Source of the DNA: Pirellulales bacterium
GTDB lineage: Bacteria > Planctomycetota > Planctomycetia > Pirellulales > JAICIG01
Direction of reading: 5' to 3'
Assembly: GCA_040901675.1 (NCBI GenBank)
Contig: JBBDYJ010000001.1
Location: 43,618 to 107,617 of the forward strand
Length of the DNA stretch: 64,000 nucleotides
Below the pieces are notes generated by a model. The model worked only from the letters and a program-made list of their open reading frames with translations. It had not been told where the DNA came from and did no database searches. The translations under genes and the position numbers were made by a program. Of this stretch, positions 11,020 to 19,356 are shown one piece after another. Every line of letters begins with the position of its first letter. Position 1 is the stretch's first letter.

Positions 11020-11062
11020 TACCCGCTTTGGATCACTAGCCGGAGCCGAGAGCCTGGGAGCC

Positions 11063-11176
11063 ATGAAAGTCCGCGCCAGCGTCAAGAGGATTTGCGAGAA
11101 CTGCAAGCTCGTGCGGCGGCGGGGCGTGGTGTTCGTGGTCTGCTCGAACCCGCGTCACAAGCAGCGCCAGGGCTGA
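11063..11176 (+). CDS. rpmJ: 50S ribosomal protein L36 (absent from the ORF track)
   Basis: Manual translation [37 protein letters not shown]. Confidence 0.98.
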   Translation: MKVRASVKRICENCKLVRRRGVVFVVCSNPRHKQRQG

Positions 11177-11267
11177 TTTTCGTCGGGCGGCGGGCTGGTT
11201 GTTCCGGCCGGTGCAGGTTGTTCCGGTGCTGGGCCGGCGGTGTTTTTGTTCAGGGAGTACACGACGT

Positions 11268-11651
11268 ATGCCGCGCCTCTTGGGTGTCGACATTCCGAGC
11301 GACCGGCCAGCGGTGATTTCGCTGACCTATTTGTATGGCGTCGGCAAGAAGGTGTCGCGGGAGCTATGCCACAAGGCGGGCATCGATCCGCAGGCGCGGG
11401 CCAGGGACCTGGCAGAGGATGAAATCGCCCGGCTGGCCGCCCTGCTGGACAAGGATTATGTGGTCGAAGGGCAGTTGCGGCGGCAGACGGCGCAGAACAT
11501 CGCCCGCTTGCGCGACATCGGCTGCTATCGAGGCATCCGCCATCGCCGCGGCTTGCCGGTCCGCGGCCAGCGGACCCGGACCAACGCCCGGACCCGCAAG
11601 GGACCGAAGAAGACCGTGGCCGGCAAGAAGGGCGTCAAAGACATGAAGTAG
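11268..11651 (+). CDS. rpsM: 30S ribosomal protein S13
   Basis: [36 protein letters not shown]. Confidence 0.99.
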   Translation: MPRLLGVDIPSDRPAVISLTYLYGVGKKVSRELCHKAGIDPQARARDLAEDEIARLAALLDKDYVVEGQLRRQTAQNIARLRDIGCYRGIRHRRGLPVRGQRTRTNARTRKGPKKTVAGKKGVKDMK

Positions 11652-11687
11652 CAGTGACATGAAGTAGCAGTGACATGAAGTAGCGGT
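11640..11687. repeat. 16-bp tandem repeat x3 spanning the rpsM stop codon
   Basis: GACATGAAGTAGCAGT x2 plus GACATGAAGTAGCGGT. Confidence 0.9.
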
Positions 11688-11772
11688 CCAAATCGGACCC
11701 AGCATGGCTCGAAGCAGCAGTCGCAACAGACAGTAGCGATCCTCAACCAGGTTGATCAGGAGCACGTGGCCG

Positions 11773-12153
11773 GTGGCCAAAAGCAAACGACGCAAGATTC
11801 GCCGCAACGTGACGTTGGGAGTGGCCCACATCAAGGCCACGTTCAACAATACCACGGTCACCATCGCGGACACCAAGGGCGACACGCTCTGCTGGTCCAG
11901 CGCCGGCACGTGCGGCTTCAAGGGAAGCCGCAAGAGCACGCCGTTCGCCGGCCAGTGCGCCGCCCAGCAGTGTGCCGAGAAGGCCGCCAAGTTCGGCGTC
12001 AAGGAAGTGGAAGTCAGGGTCAAGGGCCCTGGCAGCGGGCGGGAGAGCGCCATCACCGCCCTGCAGTCGGCGGGGTTGAACGTCAAGAGCATCGAGGACG
12101 TCACCCCGCTGCCCCATAACGGATGCCGCCCCCCCAAGAAGCGGCGTGTCTGA
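11773..12153 (+). CDS. rpsK: 30S ribosomal protein S11
   Basis: [43 protein letters not shown] start inferred. Confidence 0.98.
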   Translation: MAKSKRRKIRRNVTLGVAHIKATFNNTTVTIADTKGDTLCWSSAGTCGFKGSRKSTPFAGQCAAQQCAEKAAKFGVKEVEVRVKGPGSGRESAITALQSAGLNVKSIEDVTPLPHNGCRPPKKRRV

Positions 12154-12174
12154 ACCCATTGAAGTTCGAGGAAT

Positions 12175-12801
12175 ATGGCTCGTCATACCGGACCTGTTTG
12201 TCGCCTTTGCCGCCGCGAAGGCATGAAGTTGTTCTTGAAGGGAACGCGCTGCGATACGCCCAAGTGCGCCATCGAGCGGCGCGATACGGTGCCGGGCATG
12301 CACCAGTTCCGGCGCGGCAAGCTGACGGATTACGGCTTGCACCTCCGCGAAAAGCAGAAAGTCAAACACTACTATGGCGTGTTGGAGCGGCAGTTCCGCC
12401 GCTATTTTGCCGAGGCCCAGCGGTCCAAGGGCAATACCGGCGCGACGCTGATGAGCCTGCTGGAGCGGCGGCTGGACAACGTCGTCCACCGGCTTGGTTT
12501 CGGCCAGAGCCGCAAGCAGGCCAGGCAGTTGGTGGCCCACGGGCACATCACGATCAACGGCCGCCGCGTCGACGTGCCCAGCTACCTGGTCAAGCCGGGA
12601 GACGTGGTCCGCGTCAAGAACCGAACCAAGAGCCTGCAGGCGGTGCAGGCCAACCTGAGCGAGACCCGCCGGGAGCTTCCCGACTTCCTCTCCTTGATCG
12701 AGGGGCCGATCCCCGAGGGCCGCGTGGCCCGGCTGCCCGAGGAGTTCGACGTCTCGATTCCGGTCCAGACCCAGTTGATCGTCGAGTTGTGCTCGAAATA
12801 A
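12175..12801 (+). CDS. rpsD: 30S ribosomal protein S4
   Basis: [35 protein letters not shown]. Confidence 0.99.
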   Translation: MARHTGPVCRLCRREGMKLFLKGTRCDTPKCAIERRDTVPGMHQFRRGKLTDYGLHLREKQKVKHYYGVLERQFRRYFAEAQRSKGNTGATLMSLLERRLDNVVHRLGFGQSRKQARQLVAHGHITINGRRVDVPSYLVKPGDVVRVKNRTKSLQAVQANLSETRRELPDFLSLIEGPIPEGRVARLPEEFDVSIPVQTQLIVELCSK

Positions 12802-12886
12802 TTCCCCAGCGGTGGCCCGTGGCCGCCCGGCGGGCCAGCAGGCCGCGCGGCCGCTGAATCGTTCAAAAAATCGCGGAGGCTTTCCC

Positions 12887-13876
12887 ATGCGGATTCGATG
12901 GCGCGGACTGGAACTTCCCAGCCTCGTTACCTGCGACCAGCAAACGTTGACTTCGACCTACGGCAAGTTCGTGGCCGAGCCGTTCGAACGCGGCTTCGGC
13001 GTGACGGTCGGCAACAGCTTGCGGAGGATCCTGCTCTCCAGTCTCGAAGGCAGCGCCGTCACGCAAGTCAAGGTGCACGGCGCCCAGCACGAGTTCACCA
13101 CTCTGCCCGGCGTCGTGGAAGACGTCACCGATATCGTGCTCAACGTCAAGTCGCTGGTGGTCAAGAACTACAGCGACAGCACCAAGGTGGTCCGCATCGA
13201 AAAGCGCACCAAGGGCCTGGTCACCGGCGCCGACGTCAAGAGCGACGACTCGGTCGAGGTGATCAACAAGAACCACGTCATCGCCACGCTGACCGAGGAC
13301 GTCCCCTTTGAGCTGGAGATGGTGGTCGAAAACGGCCGCGGTTACGTGCCCAGCACCGAGCACAGCCCCAACGTCGAGATCGGCATCATCCCGGTCGACG
13401 CCGTGTACAGCCCCGTGGTGCGGGTCCGCTATGAAATCGAAGAGACCCGCGTCGGCCAGAAGACCAACTACGACAAGCTCACGCTCGAAATCTGGACCAA
13501 CGGCTCCGTCGGACCGGAAATGGCACTGGTCGAAGCAGCCAAAATCCTCCGCAAACACCTGAACCCGTTCATCCAGTACACCGAGCTGGGCATGCCGGTC
13601 CACTCGGAGGGCCGCGCCGCCGGCACGGGTTCGACCGACGCGGCCATCGAGGCCAAGCTCGGCATGAGCCTGGCCGAGCTGAACCTGGGCGTGCGGGCGG
13701 CCAACTGCCTCGAGTCGGAGAACATCCACACGGTGCGGGACCTGGTGAGCCGCACGCCGGACCAGTTGCTCGACGTTCGGAATTTCGGCGAGACCACGCT
13801 CAACGAAGTCCGCGAGCGGCTGGGCGAGCTGGGGTTGCGTTTGGGAATGCGCCTGCCGGCCTCGTCCCCGGTCTGA
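12887..13876 (+). CDS. rpoA: RNA polymerase subunit alpha
   Basis: [25 protein letters not shown], alpha-CTD RNFGETT; ATG 12887 after GGAGG. Confidence 0.99.
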   Translation: MRIRWRGLELPSLVTCDQQTLTSTYGKFVAEPFERGFGVTVGNSLRRILLSSLEGSAVTQVKVHGAQHEFTTLPGVVEDVTDIVLNVKSLVVKNYSDSTKVVRIEKRTKGLVTGADVKSDDSVEVINKNHVIATLTEDVPFELEMVVENGRGYVPSTEHSPNVEIGIIPVDAVYSPVVRVRYEIEETRVGQKTNYDKLTLEIWTNGSVGPEMALVEAAKILRKHLNPFIQYTELGMPVHSEGRAAGTGSTDAAIEAKLGMSLAELNLGVRAANCLESENIHTVRDLVSRTPDQLLDVRNFGETTLNEVRERLGELGLRLGMRLPASSPV

Positions 13877-13944
13877 TTCTGCGCCGCGGCGGCGGACGAG
13901 TCGGCCGGGCCCGCCGAAGCGAGGTGGCCCGGCAGCCGTGAATC

Positions 13945-13987
13945 CGGCGGCACGGCAACATCGGCGGCACGGCAACATCGGCGGCAC
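13945..13987. repeat. 17-bp tandem repeat (2.5 copies) in the rpoA-rplQ spacer
   Basis: CGGCGGCACGGCAACAT x2 plus CGGCGGCAC. Confidence 0.85.
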
Positions 13988-14028
13988 AATACAATAAAAT
14001 CACCACGTAGCGGGAAGATGGTTTTGCC

Positions 14029-14664
14029 ATGCGACATCGACGAAAAGGCCGTACCCTGGGACGGTCGCCCAGCCATCAACGAGCGCTGCTCCGCAATCTG
14101 ACGATCGCCCTGTTGCTCACCGAGCGGGACGCCGAAGACGACGAGAACGCGCCGAAGGTCAAGGGGCGGATCATCACCACGCTCGAAAAGGCCAAGGAAG
14201 TGCGGCCGCTGGTGGAAAAGTGCATCACCATTGCCCGCCGTTCTTTGCCGGCTCAGCGCGAGGCCGACCAGTTTGCCACCACCGCCGACCGCTACAGCGC
14301 CGAGTGGAAGGAGTGGCGCCAGGGCAGCGAGTGGTCCCAGTGGTCGCGGGCGATTGCGCCCGTGGTGGCCGCCCGGCGGCGCGTGCTGAGGTTGCTGAGC
14401 GGTTCCGGCCGCAGCGACGGCGAGGGGCATAAGCAGGCCGTGCGGATCCTGTTTGACGAGATCGCTCCCCGCTTTGAGCAGCGCGCCGGCGGGTACACTC
14501 GCATCCTGCGGCTGGCCAAGCCTCGGCTGGGCGATGCCGGCACGCGGGCCGTGCTCGAGTTCGTCGGCGTCCACGACCGCGTCATCAAGCGGGCCGAATC
14601 GCCCAGCTTCGAAGCCCCCGAGGAGCCCGCGCCCACGGCTTCCAGATCCCAGCCCAACGAATAA
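14029..14664 (+). CDS. rplQ: 50S ribosomal protein L17, long form
   Basis: MRHRRKGRTLGR, IITTLEKAKE, GGYTRI, RLGDAG; internal insertions. Confidence 0.97.
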   Translation: MRHRRKGRTLGRSPSHQRALLRNLTIALLLTERDAEDDENAPKVKGRIITTLEKAKEVRPLVEKCITIARRSLPAQREADQFATTADRYSAEWKEWRQGSEWSQWSRAIAPVVAARRRVLRLLSGSGRSDGEGHKQAVRILFDEIAPRFEQRAGGYTRILRLAKPRLGDAGTRAVLEFVGVHDRVIKRAESPSFEAPEEPAPTASRSQPNE

Positions 14665-14686
14665 ACCCACTTGCTATCCCGGTGCC

Positions 14687-15298
14687 ATGGACGCAGCCAT
14701 GTCGACCCGCGCCGGTTCCGCAGGGCTCGATTTTACCTGGCACATGTCCCGGCTGTGCCTCGACGTCTGCACTCGCCTGCCGGAGCTCTCGCACGTCGAC
14801 GCCCGGCGCGTCGCGGTCCGTTACTGCCAGGTCCGAAAGGCCGTAGCCCACGGCTTCCTGGCCTCGCTCACGCCACTGCGGTTCGAAGGAGGGCAAATGT
14901 ACAAGCTGCGGCAGGGCCGCCGCTGGATGATTCAGCCGCTCTTCGACTCGGCAGGCCGCGAAATGCTCTATCTCTTGAGCTTCTATCTGCCGCGGTTCCT
15001 CGATCGCTCCTTCGAGGAGAAGCTGACCACCATCTTGCACGAGCTGTGGCACATCAGCCCCAGTTTCAACGGCGATTTGCGGCGGCTGCCCGGCCGCTGC
15101 TATGCCCACGGCCACAGCGAGCAGCACTACGACGAGTCCGCCCGCCGATTGGCCCGCGGGTGGCTGGCCCTGACACCGCCGGCCGAGCTGTATGAGTTCC
15201 TGCAGCACGACTTCCAGCAGCTTCGCCGCCGGTACGGGGCGGTCTACGGCACCCGCATTCCCACGCCCAAGGTGATTGCACTGGCCGCGGTCGATTGA
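14687..15298 (+). CDS. Putative zinc metallopeptidase (HEXXH)
   Basis: TTILHELWHISP motif; follows rplQ by 22 nt; start at ATG 14687 or 14699. Confidence 0.7.
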   Translation: MDAAMSTRAGSAGLDFTWHMSRLCLDVCTRLPELSHVDARRVAVRYCQVRKAVAHGFLASLTPLRFEGGQMYKLRQGRRWMIQPLFDSAGREMLYLLSFYLPRFLDRSFEEKLTTILHELWHISPSFNGDLRRLPGRCYAHGHSEQHYDESARRLARGWLALTPPAELYEFLQHDFQQLRRRYGAVYGTRIPTPKVIALAAVD

Positions 15299-15310
15299 CG
15301 CCAATCGGCA

Positions 15311-15339
15311 TTGACACGGTCCGGCGCCGCCACTAGCCT
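15311..15339 (+). promoter_or_regulatory. Putative sigma70 promoter
   Basis: TTGACA-N17-TAGCCT upstream of the gene at 15434. Confidence 0.55.
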
Positions 15340-15433
15340 GCCGCCCCAAAACCAGAGGAGGCCTGGCAGGGACGCCGGGCCGACCCAGCCATCATTGGGC
15401 ATCCGGCGTTTTGGGCGCCTTGGGTAGTACGAT

Positions 15434-16297
15434 ATGCCGCGGCCGCCGGCCCAAGCCACTATCTTATGGTTTTGCGCGCTGGCCGCCTTGGGCTGTGCGA
15501 AGGTGCACACGGCCGGCAAGCTGCCGCTGGCCATGGCCCAGATGTCGCCCAACAGCGTCGGCCTTGAGCTGGTCTTTACACGGTTCGCGTTCGGCGACGA
15601 CCAACTGAATGGTGCCTTGTGGGCCGAGATCGACGAGCAGCAGATTCCCGTCGAGACGCGGCGGCGGCTGGCGGACAACGGCTTCAGGGTGGGCCTGGTG
15701 GGCGGGCGGCTTCCGGCCTCCCTGGAACGGCTGCTCAAATCGAGCCAGCCGGAGCAGCCCGCCGGCGAGCTTTTGAACTTCGAGCTGGCCAACGAGCCTC
15801 TGATTCGGGGCCGCATCGTCCAGAGTCCCGCCGGGGTCCCCAAGCGGATCATCGTAAGCGGCGAGCAGCGCCAGCACGAACAATTGGCGGTCCTGTTTCG
15901 AGATGCCGGCGGCGCCGTGACGGGCCGCACGTACGCCCTGGCCCGCGGCGTGCTGGTGGCCAAGACCCATCCCCAGAGCGACGGCCGGGTGCGGCTGGAA
16001 TTAATCCCTGAAGTCGAGCACGGCGCGCCGCAACGGCGGTTCATTCCGCGCGACGGTTATACCAGGTTCGAATTTGGTCCGGCGGCCGACGTCTTCGACC
16101 ACTTACGCCTGGAAACGACGCTGGCTCCGGGCCAGACCCTCGTGCTAGGCACGCTGCCCGACCGGCCCGCAACGTTGGGGTACCAATACTTCACCGAGCA
16201 GGAATCTGGGCCGCTCAAGCAAAAGCTGCTGTTGATCCGCCTCGCCCGCACGCAGCACGACGAGCTGACGCCCGTCCCAGGCACTCCCGAACCGTAG
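15434..16297 (+). CDS. Hypothetical lipoprotein
   Basis: Signal peptide ending LAALGC (lipobox-like); no family recognised. Confidence 0.7.
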   Translation: MPRPPAQATILWFCALAALGCAKVHTAGKLPLAMAQMSPNSVGLELVFTRFAFGDDQLNGALWAEIDEQQIPVETRRRLADNGFRVGLVGGRLPASLERLLKSSQPEQPAGELLNFELANEPLIRGRIVQSPAGVPKRIIVSGEQRQHEQLAVLFRDAGGAVTGRTYALARGVLVAKTHPQSDGRVRLELIPEVEHGAPQRRFIPRDGYTRFEFGPAADVFDHLRLETTLAPGQTLVLGTLPDRPATLGYQYFTEQESGPLKQKLLLIRLARTQHDELTPVPGTPEP

Positions 16298-16335
16298 GGC
16301 CTGCAGGGGGCTGTGGAGTGTTGGGCTGGTGAGGT

Positions 16336-16404
16336 GTAGCCGGATTCGCCAGAATTCGGGCCGGTCTCGACCCACTCCACCAGAACTCTGGCGAGTCCTG
16401 CTAC
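16336..16404. repeat. Inverted pair of GTAG-type REP-like sequences between convergent genes
   Basis: GTAGCCGGATTCGCCAGAATTC (16336-16357) ... GAACTCTGGCGAGTCCTGCTAC (16383-16404), imperfect inverted repeat. Confidence 0.7.
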
Positions 16405-16443
16405 CTCGAAATCAGCCTCTCCTCTCTCCTGCTGAAAACTACT

Positions 16444-17439
16444 TCAGGTCCTCACCATCGCCAGGGCCTGGCGCACCGCCTCCAATTGCCCGGCGGAGCC
16501 GAGCGCGCGGTTCTTCCCGGTGATGAAACCGGCGTAGGCGGCCATGAACAGCTTGCCGGGCGTACGCAAGTCGAACTCCTCCGGCTTGTCGCGGAACACC
16601 TCGCGGTGGATCGCGCACCAGACCAGCCGGCCGTCGGTGTCGATGTTCACCTTCGTCACGCCCAGCTTGGCGGCCGGCAGGTAGTCTTTCTCAGGCACCC
16701 CACTGGTCGCCGGCAGCTTTCCGCCGGCCTTGTTGATGCGGTCGACCCACTCGCGCGGCACGCTGCTGGCGCCGTGCATGACCAGGGGGAAACCAGGCAG
16801 CCGCTTTTGGATTTCGGCAATCCGGTCGAAGTGCAGGCCCTGCTTGCCCGAAAACTTGTAGGCCCCGTGCGAGGTGCCGATCGCCACCGCCAGCGAGTCG
16901 CAGCCGGTGCGCTCGACGAACTCCACCGATTCGTCGGGATCGGTCAGGCAGGCGTGCTCGGCCGAGATGGCAATGTCCTCCTCCACTCCGCCCAGCATGC
17001 CCAGTTCCGCCTCGACCGAAATGCCCCGCTCATGCGCCCGCTCCACCACCCGCCGCGTGATAGCAATGTTTTCCTCAAACGGCTCGTGCGAGGCGTCGAT
17101 CATCACCGACGAATAAAAGCCGCTCTCGATGCACTCGTAGGCCACCTCCTCGGTGCCGTGGTCCAGGTGCACCGCGAAAATGGCCTCGGGAAAGACTTCC
17201 TCGGCCGTCCTGATCATGGCCTCCAGGAACCGCTTGTCGCTATAGCTGCGGGCTCCGCGCGACAACTGAATGATGAACGGGGCGCTCGCCGGCGTGTCGG
17301 CCGGTTCGGTGTTCGAGTCTTTCTTGCCCAGATTGCCGCGGAACAGCCCGACGGTTTGCTCCAGGTTGTTGATGTTGTACGCGCCTACCGCGTACTTGCC
17401 GTAAGCCAGGTCGAACAATTCCTTGGTCGTGACGATCAT
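16444..17439 (-). CDS. fba: Class II fructose-bisphosphate aldolase
   Basis: YAVGAYNINN, HLDHG, SVMIDAS, VEAELG, GTSHGAYK, LVMHGAS, KVNIDTD. Confidence 0.95.
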   Translation of the reverse strand: MIVTTKELFDLAYGKYAVGAYNINNLEQTVGLFRGNLGKKDSNTEPADTPASAPFIIQLSRGARSYSDKRFLEAMIRTAEEVFPEAIFAVHLDHGTEEVAYECIESGFYSSVMIDASHEPFEENIAITRRVVERAHERGISVEAELGMLGGVEEDIAISAEHACLTDPDESVEFVERTGCDSLAVAIGTSHGAYKFSGKQGLHFDRIAEIQKRLPGFPLVMHGASSVPREWVDRINKAGGKLPATSGVPEKDYLPAAKLGVTKVNIDTDGRLVWCAIHREVFRDKPEEFDLRTPGKLFMAAYAGFITGKNRALGSAGQLEAVRQALAMVRT

Positions 17440-17557
17440 CGCGGGACTCCGAGCGTGCGGGAAGCGTGTGCGTTCTTGCCGTTAAAGTTCGGCGAGCGAA
17501 CAGGTTACGTGCTCAGCCGGCATTCTATCCCACGCCACGCCACCCGGCTAGCCGACA

Positions 17558-17586
17558 TTGCCCCCAAGCTGTCGCACGACTAAAAT
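17558..17586 (+). promoter_or_regulatory. Putative sigma70 promoter for kdsD-kdsC-lpt
   Basis: TTGCCC-N17-TAAAAT. Confidence 0.5.
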
Positions 17587-17645
17587 CGCCCCGCACCAGC
17601 GGGTGCCGCGGACGGGTGCCGCGGATCAAAGGCCCGGTTCAGGAA

Positions 17646-17707
17646 GCGGACGGCACACGGAGTGTGCCTGCTACTAATTGCGGACGGCACGCGGAGTGCC
17701 TGCTACT
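17646..17707. repeat. Two direct copies of a GTAG-type REP-like palindrome
   Basis: GCGGACGGCACACGGAGTGTGCCTGCTACT and GCGGACGGCACGCGGAGTGCCTGCTACT; hairpin GGCACAC/GTGTGCC; GTAG on the minus strand. Confidence 0.8.
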
Positions 17708-17731
17708 TAAATTGTCAAGGAAGACGCGTCG

Positions 17732-18751
17732 ATGAGCACGGACGGTGCCGCACCGCTGGGTCGACTCTCGACGTTCGAACAGCTCGTTTACGCACGCGAT
17801 GTCATCGCCGCCGAATCCCGCGCGCTCGACAAGTTGTCGCGCCGGCTCAACGCGGCCTTCTGCCGGGCCGTCGAGTACCTGGTCGAGTGCCGGGGAACCG
17901 TGGTCGTCAGCGGCATCGGCAAGGCCGGACTGATCGCACAGAAGATCTCGGCCACGCTCGCCTCGACCGGAACGCGGAGCATTTTTCTGCATCCCGCCGA
18001 GGCGGTGCACGGCGACCTGGGCCGCGTCGGCCCCCTGGACGTGGTGCTCGTGCTGTCGCAAAGCGGCGAGACCGACGAAGTCGTGCGGTTGCTGCCGGTG
18101 CTGGCCGCGATGCGGGTGCCCATCATCGCCGTCACCGCCCGCGAAACCAGCACGCTGGCCCGGGCCGCCGCCGTCACCATCGAGTTGGGATCGATCGAGG
18201 AGGCCTGCCCGCTGGGGCTGGCGCCCACGACCAGCACGACCGCCATGCTGGCGCTGGGCGACGCCTTGGCGCTGGTCGCCAGCCGTCTGCTCTCGTTCGG
18301 CCATGCCGACTTTGCCCGAGTGCACCCGGCCGGGAGCCTGGGACGCCGGCTGAGCAAGGTCGACGACCGGATGCGGCCGCTGGACCAGTGCCGCTTGGCG
18401 CCCGACTCGCGGAACGTTCGCGAGGTCTTCGGCCAGTTGCGGCGGCCGGGCCGGCGCAGCGGCGCCATCCTGCTGGTGGGCGACGACGGCCGCCTGACCG
18501 GCATCTTCACCGACAGCGACCTGGCCCGGCTGTTCGAAGCCCGCCGCGACGCGGCCTTCGATCAGCCGATCGCGCGGGTGATGACTCACCGCCCTCGGAC
18601 GGTGGCTGCCGGATCGATGATGACCGATGCCCTGGCGATTCTGGCGGAATGGAAAATCAGTGAACTCCCCGTGGTCGACGATCACGGCGCGCCGGTCGGC
18701 TTGCTCGACATAACCGACGTGATCGGTATGATGCCCCCTGAGGCGGTCTGA
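17732..18751 (+). CDS. kdsD: KpsF/GutQ family arabinose-5-phosphate isomerase (SIS + CBS)
   Basis: GIGKAG, HPAEAVHGDLG, SQSGET, APTTST, HPAGSLG, GIFTDSDL. Confidence 0.92.
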   Translation: MSTDGAAPLGRLSTFEQLVYARDVIAAESRALDKLSRRLNAAFCRAVEYLVECRGTVVVSGIGKAGLIAQKISATLASTGTRSIFLHPAEAVHGDLGRVGPLDVVLVLSQSGETDEVVRLLPVLAAMRVPIIAVTARETSTLARAAAVTIELGSIEEACPLGLAPTTSTTAMLALGDALALVASRLLSFGHADFARVHPAGSLGRRLSKVDDRMRPLDQCRLAPDSRNVREVFGQLRRPGRRSGAILLVGDDGRLTGIFTDSDLARLFEARRDAAFDQPIARVMTHRPRTVAAGSMMTDALAILAEWKISELPVVDDHGAPVGLLDITDVIGMMPPEAV

Positions 18752-18834
18752 CCGCTGCCGTGCCGTGCCGCTACAACCGGCACCGCTTACTATCCACCCC
18801 GGCCGGCGAACCGGCCCCTGCCGCGGACGCGTAG

Positions 18835-19356
18835 ATGACCTTAGCCAAGCGCTGCCAGGCGATCGAGCTGATCCTCGCCGACGTCGACGGGGTGCTGACC
18901 GACGGCAGCATCATCTTCAACAACGAAGGCATCGAAACCAAGCGGTTTCACATCCGCGACGGCTTGGGCATCAAGCTCTGGCAAAGCTGCGGCGGCAAGT
19001 TCGCCCTGATCACCGCCCGCAATTCGCACATCGTCAACGTGCGGGCCGCCGAATTGGGCATCGAGCGGGTCCGGCAGGGGACGGAATTGAAGCTGAACGC
19101 CATGCGGGAGATCCTGGCCGAGCTGGACCTAGCGCCCGAACAGGCCTGTTACATCGGCGACGATTTGCCCGACCTGGCCGCCGTGCGGTTCGCCGGGCTG
19201 GGCGTGGCCGTGGCCGACGCCGCGGCCGAGCTGCGGCAAGCGGCCCACTACACCACCAGCCTTCCCGGCGGGCGCGGAGCGGTGCGAGAAACGATCGAGC
19301 TGATCCTTAAGTCTCAGCAGCGGTGGGACGATTTGATCCAGAAGTATGGCGCCTAG
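18835..19356 (+). CDS. kdsC: KDO-8-phosphate phosphatase (HAD family)
   Basis: DVDGVLTDG, RDGLGI, IGDDLPDL, GGRGAVRE. Confidence 0.93.
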   Translation: MTLAKRCQAIELILADVDGVLTDGSIIFNNEGIETKRFHIRDGLGIKLWQSCGGKFALITARNSHIVNVRAAELGIERVRQGTELKLNAMREILAELDLAPEQACYIGDDLPDLAAVRFAGLGVAVADAAAELRQAAHYTTSLPGGRGAVRETIELILKSQQRWDDLIQKYGA

